The translations under genes and the position numbers were made by a program. Below are positions 9,521-17,492 of a DNA stretch of 64,000 nucleotides, piece after piece (the first letter of the stretch is position 1; each line of letters opens with the position of its first letter). Source of the stretch: Promethearchaeati archaeon SRVP18_Atabeyarchaeia-1. Lineage in GTDB: Archaea > Asgardarchaeota > Atabeyarchaeia > Atabeyarchaeales > Atabeyarchaeaceae. Under the pieces are notes generated by a model, which worked only from the letters and a program-made list of their open reading frames with translations, made no database searches and was not told the origin of the DNA. The DNA lies in the NCBI GenBank assembly GCA_037308085.1, contig CP147779.1, positions 640,001-704,000 on the forward strand. Reading direction: 5' to 3'.

Positions 9521-10096
9521 TTACTGATCTACCTGATGGACTTCTTGATAAGCTTCCTCTGCCCCTTTCAGGTTCCGCTTCCCCACTTCGCCCTTCCAGC
9601 CTTCAAGAATTGCCCTTCCCACGTTCTTCATGTCCACAAGTTTTGTTGCCTTAGAAAACGCTCCAAGAATTGGGGTGTTCACCACAGGTTGCCCCGCGAC
9701 CACGAGGCCCAGCTTGAGCGCTATCGCGGTTGCATCCACAGCGAAAATCTGGAGCTTCTGTCGAGTATCCGCCTCAACGCGCTCTTTCGTCGTGTTCACC
9801 ACTAGAAAAGCGTTCTCTCTAACCCCTTCCAGTACGTTGGTGATTCTTAACAAAGTCGAATCTAGGACCACCAAGACATCAGGGTTGTATATCTGACTGT
9901 GAACAAGTATCGGGTTCCTTGATATTCTAGTGAAGGCCCGGATTGGAGCCCCTCTCCTTTCAGCTCCGAAGAAAGGAAAGGCTTGCGTGCCTTTGAAACC
10001 GGCATACATTGCAGCCTTAGCCAGCAAAGTAGCTGCAGTCACCGCGCCCTGACCACCGCGGCCGTGCCACCTTATTTCCCAGATTTTCTCGGGCAT
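9521..10096 (-). CDS. porG: 2-oxoacid:ferredoxin oxidoreductase gamma subunit
   Basis: EIRWHGRGGQGAVT, FGAERRGAP. Confidence 0.93.
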   Translation of the reverse strand: MPEKIWEIRWHGRGGQGAVTAATLLAKAAMYAGFKGTQAFPFFGAERRGAPIRAFTRISRNPILVHSQIYNPDVLVVLDSTLLRITNVLEGVRENAFLVVNTTKERVEADTRQKLQIFAVDATAIALKLGLVVAGQPVVNTPILGAFSKATKLVDMKNVGRAILEGWKGEVGKRNLKGAEEAYQEVHQVDQ

Positions 10097-10716
10097 GAAA
10101 ATTGACTCCCTAGAAACGCTTTAGACTCATCGGCGAAGTGCCTGTCATCCAAGCGCCGCCGAAGTTTGCCCCTCTTGGCGAGGAGTAGATCTCACAGTGA
10201 TATCAAAGGTTAAACTCTCTCGCCGACACTCATTAGAAAGCGCTACTACAAAATAAATTAGTCTATGTTTGTTCGGTTTATTCGAATGGACGGAAACTCA
10301 CGGAAATGCAGAGGAGAAACCCCAAATCCTCCAGGTACGAGAAGAATCTTCTGCATGGAATACGCATATCGGACTAACGAAACCGTAGGTGTTGGCTTTC
10401 TGCATATCACCAAGTGTCATTCGAGACTTGGTGACGTAGCAGCCGCTTGCCCACCTGTCCTGCCAGGCGCCGGCTCAACTCCATTGCCGGCAGCAGTCGG
10501 ATTCCCACCTGGAGGAACTATGCCAAAGTTGAACCCAAAAAAGAGGTTTGGTGGGTTTTGTAACGTCACAGAGTTGTTGAAAGTAACTTTTTATAAATAA
10601 GGCAAATTAATAGTAAGGCTGACTTGCGCCGTCACGCTTTGACAAAATCATGCTAATAAGGATTCGTCATAGCGACCAGCGACGGGTGAACTGAGTTTCT
10701 TTGAGGGAGAGAGTAG

Positions 10717-12549
10717 TTGTCGAAAGAGGAAACGGTTTCGAGAATGTACAGCAGGCTTTTCAAATTGCCTCGGCTTTCTGGGATACTTGTGCTTGGGATC
10801 GGTTTCAGTGCCCTGCTGGATATTCTTGTCGTGAACGCATTCCTTCCTCTCCTGGCAGAAGCCATCTTCCAGCTTACACTCTTTGCCGTGCTGCTCATTG
10901 GGTTTGCCTTCTTGCTGAGCTCCTTTCTGCTTTCTTCGTTTCTATCCAGCCGGGTCTTCTTGCACAGAGTTTCGGGGGTCATGAACTTAAGGAGGAGCCT
11001 TGGTGTCTCGCTATTCTCGCTGATTTCGACGAGCGGCATATTTCTCGTGGGCTGGATCCTCCTTGTGCTGTCGCCTCTGTCCCTGTTGAGGGAATTTGCT
11101 GTTTTTGGACTGGCGATTGGTTTCGTTATTAGATTACTTGTGGATTCAGTCATGCTACAGGGCCACCTCGGCCGCACCCTAGCAGATTCCCTGAGTCAGC
11201 CTATACTCTGCTCCATATGGTTTCTCTGGCTTCTCGGGCTTTCTTGGTATATAGATTTCATCCTCCGTTTTATTGGTGTGACAGTTCTTTTCGCTGTCTC
11301 GACTTTGCTGTATGTCAAGGCCATAGGTTCGCAGCTGAAGAAATTCACGGGCATTGACGGTCGATCTTTCTTCAGTTCCTTCCTGAGCGAGTGGGGGGCT
11401 GGCCTCGGAGAAGAGCTTGAGAAGATCATAGACAAGAATTCGGTGAAGAGGGATCTGAAGGTGGCGATACTTTCATTCATAGATATGAAAGGGAAAACGA
11501 GGTCAGTCCTCATTGTTCCCACAATTCATCCAGGTCCCTTCAGGGGGGTCGGTTCGAGTGATCTTCCAGCCTACCTGATGCGCAGCCTGGGAGACAAGCT
11601 AGGATGCCCGGTAGTGTGCGCTCATGGTCCCAGTACGCACGGGGAAAACTTGGTTAGATCCAACCAGCGCGAAGAGGTCTATAGGCAGCTAGCGAAACTC
11701 CTTGGAGAGTCCCCCACGTATGATCGTTCAAGCCCACTGGCTAAGGCAACTAGCGCTGGCGTTTCTGTTGGATGCCAAATATTCGGGGACTTTGCCCTTT
11801 TGACAGGGGGTTCCTCGTCCTCGGTTCCGATAGATGACGTCAGCCTTGATGTGGGTGAGGCTGCAGTAGGTGCAGCTAGGAAATACGCTAAGGAAGCATT
11901 TTTCATCGATTCTCATAGTTGCATAGACGCCTCAAGCGATTATGTCTGGTCAGGGTCGAAGATCAGTGAAGCCTTTGTTAAGGCGTCTGAGAAGGCTACT
12001 GAACGCGCTTCTGGTCTAGCGAAATCGGCCTTCAGAGTTGGGGCGGCCAAAACAAGATCTACGGGTATCTCCCTTAACGAGGGAATGGGAGAAGAGGGTG
12101 CGTCAGCGCTGGTTATGAAGATCGCCGACCAGAAGATTGCATACGTCTTCTTCGATTCAAATAACCTTGTATCTAACATAAGTGAACAGATCGCGACGGA
12201 GTTAAAGAAGAGGGGCTTCAGTGAAGTCGAGGTCCTTACTAGTGACACACACACCACCAGCGCTTTAACTCCTGGGAAGATGGGGTATAACCCGCTGGGT
12301 TACTCCACTCCTTACGCCAAGCTGCTTGAGATTGTCTTATCTACCGTAACTACAGCCGAGCAGAACATGGAGGACGCAGTTGTATGTGCAGGGGTTCATA
12401 CACTCAAAGACGTGAAGGTCGCTGGTGAAGAGAATATGCAGAATATTCTAAAGGGGACAAGGGGTTCCCTACGTGCTGCGAAGAATCTCGCTCCTTTGGC
12501 TTTTGGTCTACCCACGCTATTAAGTATTATCATGCTTCTCTTAGTGTAG
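10717..12549 (+). CDS. DUF2070 family membrane protein
   Basis: N-terminal TM helices; HPGPFRGVGSS, HGPSTH, DSHSC, TSDTH motifs. Confidence 0.85.
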   Translation: MSKEETVSRMYSRLFKLPRLSGILVLGIGFSALLDILVVNAFLPLLAEAIFQLTLFAVLLIGFAFLLSSFLLSSFLSSRVFLHRVSGVMNLRRSLGVSLFSLISTSGIFLVGWILLVLSPLSLLREFAVFGLAIGFVIRLLVDSVMLQGHLGRTLADSLSQPILCSIWFLWLLGLSWYIDFILRFIGVTVLFAVSTLLYVKAIGSQLKKFTGIDGRSFFSSFLSEWGAGLGEELEKIIDKNSVKRDLKVAILSFIDMKGKTRSVLIVPTIHPGPFRGVGSSDLPAYLMRSLGDKLGCPVVCAHGPSTHGENLVRSNQREEVYRQLAKLLGESPTYDRSSPLAKATSAGVSVGCQIFGDFALLTGGSSSSVPIDDVSLDVGEAAVGAARKYAKEAFFIDSHSCIDASSDYVWSGSKISEAFVKASEKATERASGLAKSAFRVGAAKTRSTGISLNEGMGEEGASALVMKIADQKIAYVFFDSNNLVSNISEQIATELKKRGFSEVEVLTSDTHTTSALTPGKMGYNPLGYSTPYAKLLEIVLSTVTTAEQNMEDAVVCAGVHTLKDVKVAGEENMQNILKGTRGSLRAAKNLAPLAFGLPTLLSIIMLLLV

Positions 12550-12585
12550 CAGATCCTGCCTATATTAGTAAAGGGTGTCTGAGGC

Positions 12586-13083
12586 TTGCCCAAGAAGTCT
12601 GGTACCTGCCCGTATTGCATGTCTCGCTCGTTTGAGTTACGAGAGGCTGAAACCGTGCTACCCCATTTTGGCAGGGTCCTGATCATGACTTCTCTTTGCA
12701 GGACTTGCGGGTATAGACACAGCGATGTGACCTCTCTAGAGGATCATGGACCCAAGAGGTACGAGGTCAAAATATCGAGGCGAGAAGACCTTAGGATCAA
12801 GATTGCAAGAGCAGGCTCTGCCTCGGTAGAGATCCCGGAATTTGGGCTACGGTTAGATCCAGGTGACGATAGCCAATCGTTCATAACGAACATCGAGGGT
12901 ATACTGCAGAGATTCGAGGAGGCAATACTGCGACTCAAAACCTTGGATTCCAGCAAGACAGCTGAGCTTGACAATGAATTGCATAGAATTGCGGTTGCTA
13001 AGGAAGGGAAGATCCCCTTTACGGTAATAGTTGAGGACCCTCTGGGGAATACCACGGTAATTGATGACTACTTAGTCTCGTAG
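12586..13083 (+). CDS. ZPR1 zinc-finger protein
   Basis: CPYC...PHFG...CRTCGYRHSD, ITNIEG, EDPLGN. Confidence 0.9.
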   Translation: MPKKSGTCPYCMSRSFELREAETVLPHFGRVLIMTSLCRTCGYRHSDVTSLEDHGPKRYEVKISRREDLRIKIARAGSASVEIPEFGLRLDPGDDSQSFITNIEGILQRFEEAILRLKTLDSSKTAELDNELHRIAVAKEGKIPFTVIVEDPLGNTTVIDDYLVS

Positions 13084-13153
13084 TGCCAGGTTGCGACCGT
13101 TCTTGGAGAGCGTCTTCAGGCGAAGGCAACGGAGATAAATTTATCTGTTTGCG

Positions 13154-13453
13154 TTGGGGTACGTGACTCGGGTCTTGAGATTGGAGGAGGCAAAGCCAAG
13201 GTTATCGGCCATAGGCGTCCTTAGCGAATGCGTGGGCAGAAGGATCAGGGTTATTGTACAGGACAGCTTTGGCTATGAAGGGACTCTTTCTGCGGTGTCT
13301 CAGTCCCCTCCATGTCTATTTCTCTCTGACGCCGAGGCTATCGTAATCAGGACAACCATAGCTGATCCAGTGCCGAGAATCGTCAGCAAGGAAAGAAGAA
13401 GCTCGATATTCGTAAACCTGGATTCCATCCTAAGAATTGAGATACCGGACTGA
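13154..13453 (+). CDS. Divergent Sm/LSm-fold protein (putative)
   Basis: GRRIRVIVQDSFGYEGTL...LFLSDA...IFVNLDSILRI resembles Sm1/Sm2 patterns. Confidence 0.5.
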   Translation: MGYVTRVLRLEEAKPRLSAIGVLSECVGRRIRVIVQDSFGYEGTLSAVSQSPPCLFLSDAEAIVIRTTIADPVPRIVSKERRSSIFVNLDSILRIEIPD

Positions 13454-13496
13454 CGATATTTAACTAAGAATGCAGTTGCGCCCAGCCCTTCACTCT

Positions 13497-13670
13497 CTAC
13501 AAAATTCCCAGATGCGCCAGAACCACGAGCACAATCAGGCCGACGGACATCATGGTGACCACTACGGGGCTGAACTTGACACCCTTCATCTCATCCTGAA
13601 AGAATCTCATCAAGCCGGCACCAGTGGCTGGCATGACTCCCTCTTCCCGTCTTCTTGCCCTTTTCGACAT
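13497..13670 (-). CDS. secG: Sec61beta/SecG translocon subunit
   Basis: Manual translation MSKRARRREEGVMPATGAGLMRFFQDEMKGVKFSPVVV...LAHLGIL; AGLMRFF..E...VK.SP signature; below the ORF-track length cutoff. Confidence 0.9.
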   Translation of the reverse strand: MSKRARRREEGVMPATGAGLMRFFQDEMKGVKFSPVVVTMMSVGLIVLVVLAHLGIL

Positions 13671-13838
13671 TCCGCAGCTCCTCCAGAGCTTCTTTCACTA
13701 GTGCATATTGAATCAATGGAATGGTTATTAAGGTTATTGTTCAAGAGGTGCGCTAGTTTCAGCGAAGAAAGATTAAATTATGTATTTGAAATCTATCTCA
13801 TGTAGGCTAGAAAAAGAATTCCCGGAGGATGCGAAAGT

Positions 13839-15205
13839 TTGGAAATTGATTCTGCCAAGCGAACGTATACGAAGATTAGGGATTTGTTGCGTGAACACCA
13901 TGAATGGTTTGATGCTAGTATACCTTTGATAGCTAGCGAGAATGTTCCGAGTCCTGCAGTTCGTGCAGCGGTCGCTTCAGATTTTGGCAACCGGTATGCG
14001 GAAGGCTGGCCTGGAGAGTAAGTGCTCGGCTCCAACTCTGAGCATTTTCCAGAAAGCGGGTCTATGCCGGTTGCAAATATATCGATCAGGTTGAGCTGAT
14101 TTGTAGCGACTTAGCTAGGAAGCTCTTCAAAGCCGAGTTTGCCGATGTTAGGCCCATCTCTGGTGTTGTAGCCAATCTGGCTGTTTACACAGCCTTCTCC
14201 GAGCCGGGAGACCGAATGATGGCGTTACCGATCCCCGACGGCGGACACATAAGCCACGCAAAGAGGTCTTTAGGCGGGACGGCGGGATCCGTTCACGGGC
14301 TTAGAGTCAGGTACTTCGAGTATGACGAGAACGAGCTCAACATCGATGTTGACAGAAGCATAAAGCGGATAAAGAAGACGATAAGCAAGGGCAAAGCCAT
14401 CACTCTGTTCATGTTTGGTGCTAGCGTCTTTCCCTTTCCGCACCCTGTCAAAGAGTTCCGGGAGATCGCTGATGAGATGGGCTCATTCATAGCATACGAC
14501 GGGGCCCATGTGTCAGGGTTAATTGCCGGTGGGTGCTTCCAAGATCCCCTGAGAGAAGGGGCTGACGTATTCTCCATGAGTACACACAAGACTATGCCTG
14601 GTCCGCAGGGAGGCCTCGTAGTTTCTTGGGAGAAGTACGCTGAGCGAATAAAGAAAGCTACATTTCCTGGCCTCACGAGCAACCATCATCTCAACACGGT
14701 TGCTGGAAAAGCGATAGCATTTGCCGAGATGATGGCATTCGGCAAGGAGTACGCTAGGCAGATTATTGCAAATGCCAAAGCTCTCGCTCAGGCCCTACAC
14801 GAGGAAGGCTTCAACGTGCTGGCAGAGCGTAAGGGGTTCACCGAATCCCACACTATATTGGTTGACATAACGGGCACTCCCCTCAAAGATGGTCGTGCCT
14901 GCGAGCAGGCCCTGGAATCATCAAACATAATCATCAACAGAAATCTCCTGCCTTGGGACATTCGGAAAGGTCGCAACTACCTTGCACCTGGGGGCATACG
15001 CTTGGGGACGAGCGAGGTAACAAAGTTAGGCATGAGAGAATCCGAGATGAGAGAAATAGCATCCCTCATTAGGCGCGTCATCATCGATCGCAAGAATCCC
15101 AATGACATGAGCCGGGTCGTAAAGGAATTTAGGCAGCCATTCAAGAAGGTCAAGTTCTGCTTTGAATCACAGGCTGACGCCTACGAGTACTTCGACATAA
15201 AATAG
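13839..15205 (+). CDS. glyA: Serine hydroxymethyltransferase, split by a 38-nt intron (exons 13839-14016, 14055-15205)
   Basis: LIASEN, RYAEGWPGE|RVYAGC, GGHISH, STHKT (PLP Lys), GIRLGT; in-frame TAA at 14019 lies inside the insertion. Confidence 0.93.
14017..14054 (+). other. BHB-type mRNA intron in glyA
   Basis: CTGG/CCAG 4-bp helix, AGA and AAA bulges, inner stem AAGTGCTC/GAGCATTT; canonical cuts restore the frame and GWPGERVY. Confidence 0.82.
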
Positions 15206-15231
15206 CACTATGCGATTGGCACTGTAGCTTT

Positions 15232-16523
15232 GGTTCTGTCAAGTCCTCGGTTGATGACCGTTTGAGCTGACTTCTCCGCTTTGGCTCACCGCCTTGTTTA
15301 AGGGTCGGATCACTGCTACACGTGCGGAGCGATCTAGGGTGAACCGCACCCTTTCATCTTGGATTTTGAGCATGTTCAAGCAGGCATTCACGTGGCGGTT
15401 TGTTCCGCAGCATTCTAGAGTTTTCGCTTTCGGGTCTTGCATCACGCACCCACACACCGCGCATACCCTAGAAGTGTTCCTCGGGTTTACCTTGATGGTT
15501 TGGACTCCTTCCCAGAGAGCTTTGTACTCGATGAAGCCTTGCAGCTTGCGGAAGCTCCACGAGTTCAGCCTCCGCTTCAGCCTCTTGGAGTGTATGCTAA
15601 TCCTTTGAATTCTCCCATTGAAGTTGTTGGCGCTTAAGACCTTGCGGTTGACTGCCTTGCGGATGTATGTGAGGTCTTCGAGGATAATGCCTTGCTCTCT
15701 ATTTTTCGCTTGCCTAACTATGGCTGAACTCACTTGATGCAGAACCGTGTTGACCTTGTTGTCCTGATTGGTGTACCAGTTTCTCTGAATCCTCTTCGCC
15801 ACCCGCCTGTCCTTAGCGTACTTGGCTTGAGCCCTTCGAACACGTTCGAAGTACCCGTGCCTAACCTCTGAAACCGCCGATAAATCATGGCTCTCGATAG
15901 TCAGTTCTCCACTTTCTTCTAGGCTAGCTCCATCAATTGAGCGCTCGTTCGTGTCGTACGCAACGTAGCTCTTGGGCTCGGTAACCTCAGCGATCTTCGA
16001 GAAAACCACTGTAACCGTGCAAGCAGTCAATGTGACCGAGCCTAACTTCAGCGAGGCGTCCGACAGGAACTGTACCGCCCTCTTATGAAAGGGGATGTAG
16101 AAGTACTCTCGCGGCTTGGTGGGTATCCTCAGCCTGCCGTCAACAACCCTATAACCCTGATTCCCAAGTTTAGCCGTGAGTTTCGTGGCCCTCGGCACTC
16201 GAATGCTCTGTCGCCTTCTCTTCGCTTTCCGGTGATTCTTCAGGATGGCAGTGGCAGCCTCGATGGCTGAGAGGCTGTACCAAGTGTGGAGACCGAAATC
16301 GCCTAGCCGGCGGTACACCTCGCTCTGCAGGCTGAACCTTGAACTAATGTTCTTCTCCAGACCTACACGGATGCAATAGTTAACCATGCTCTTGAAGGTC
16401 TCAAGGAGACCAAGGACACTGCTCGTAGGCTCGTATGGCATCTGCACCGCTTTGATTGCCTGCATAAAGTCATGTAAGCTAAACCACTCATTTAAACCCA
16501 CTAACCGAAGACTTGACAAAACG
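15232..16523 (-). mobile_element. tnpB-only element with 20-bp TIRs and perfect 8-bp TSD (copy 2)
   Basis: GTTCTGTCAAGTCCTCGGTT (15233-15252) / AACCGAAGACTTGACAAAAC (16503-16522), 18/20; GTAGCTTT duplicated at 15224-15231 and 16524-16531. Confidence 0.88.
15239..16465 (-). CDS. tnpB: TnpB RNA-guided nuclease family protein (intact ORF)
   Basis: RuvC-I YVAYDTN, Ruv[37 protein letters not shown]; ATG about 26 nt after TTTAAA TATA box inside the left end. Confidence 0.93.
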   Translation of the reverse strand: MQAIKAVQMPYEPTSSVLGLLETFKSMVNYCIRVGLEKNISSRFSLQSEVYRRLGDFGLHTWYSLSAIEAATAILKNHRKAKRRRQSIRVPRATKLTAKLGNQGYRVVDGRLRIPTKPREYFYIPFHKRAVQFLSDASLKLGSVTLTACTVTVVFSKIAEVTEPKSYVAYDTNERSIDGASLEESGELTIESHDLSAVSEVRHGYFERVRRAQAKYAKDRRVAKRIQRNWYTNQDNKVNTVLHQVSSAIVRQAKNREQGIILEDLTYIRKAVNRKVLSANNFNGRIQRISIHSKRLKRRLNSWSFRKLQGFIEYKALWEGVQTIKVNPRNTSRVCAVCGCVMQDPKAKTLECCGTNRHVNACLNMLKIQDERVRFTLDRSARVAVIRPLNKAVSQSGEVSSNGHQPRT

Positions 16524-16630
16524 GTAGCTTTTAAGTAGTTTCAGACTTTATGTATAGTACCAGACATGGTTCTTTTCGGCTTCGGAGCGGGAGACTGCCT
16601 GGAAGTGTGCTGAGCTAACTACTGGGAGGT

Positions 16631-17476
16631 TTGCCAATGACCAAGATTCAGGAAGTAATGTCGACAAATAACCTTGCGGTCGAGATACCGGGAAGAAGAA
16701 AGGACGCAATGGATATCATGGTCAAGAACGGCTTGACTTGGCTACCAGTCGTGAAGAAAGGTACCAATACTCTAGTGGGCGCAGTATCCCGTTATGACCT
16801 AATGAGCAAGCCTGAGGAAGACCAGCTGGCGCTTCTCATGAGAAGGGACCCAATCACCGTGTCAGCAAATGATGACGTCAAAGATGCGGTTAAGCTTATG
16901 CTTGGTGCCAATATTGCTAGGCTTCCAGTCGTTTCCTCCAAAATGGAGCTGATTGGGGCGCTCACAGTCACCGATGTTGTCCAGAAAGTCGTCGTTGAAG
17001 TCGACAAATCGAAGATCGTCAAGTCCTACGTCGAGCGAGATATCACATGTATCTGGGAAGGTACGCCACTCCCTGTTGCACATCGCATAATGAGACTTTC
17101 GAATGAACAGGCTTTACCCGTGCTAAACGATGATGGCGAATTGGTGGGAATAATAGGTGAGCCCGATTTCCTCTCGGTGAGTGAAGAAGTCGATGAGGAG
17201 AAAGCTGCAAAGACCACTGCTGATAGCGAGGGTACGGATTGGGATTGGGATACGTCAAATAGGATCATTATCGCCAAGAGAAAACTGCGAATACCAAACA
17301 AGCCGGTAAAGGACGTCATGATCAGAAACGTCGAGACAACCGTGGAACAAGCAAGTGTGGCAGAATGCGCAATGATGATGAAGAAATATGGGATAGACCA
17401 ACTGCCGGTTCTTAACGCCAAGGGCTCGTTAAGTGGCGTCGTCAGAGATACAGACTTGCTGAGGGCGCTGATATAG
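16631..17476 (+). CDS. Tandem CBS-domain protein
   Basis: Four CBS repeats (LPVV...LVG motifs). Confidence 0.88.
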   Translation: MPMTKIQEVMSTNNLAVEIPGRRKDAMDIMVKNGLTWLPVVKKGTNTLVGAVSRYDLMSKPEEDQLALLMRRDPITVSANDDVKDAVKLMLGANIARLPVVSSKMELIGALTVTDVVQKVVVEVDKSKIVKSYVERDITCIWEGTPLPVAHRIMRLSNEQALPVLNDDGELVGIIGEPDFLSVSEEVDEEKAAKTTADSEGTDWDWDTSNRIIIAKRKLRIPNKPVKDVMIRNVETTVEQASVAECAMMMKKYGIDQLPVLNAKGSLSGVVRDTDLLRALI

Positions 17477-17492
17477 TGCTTCTGGACCTTGC

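Noticed and set aside
10097-10520. TPP, lysine or cobalamin riboswitch upstream of por
   Set aside because: Only scattered short motif matches in the wrong order
13839-14021. glyA as a pseudogene, or a separate 60-aa ORF
   Set aside because: BHB-guided removal of 38 nt restores the conserved motif exactly and the rest of the gene is intact
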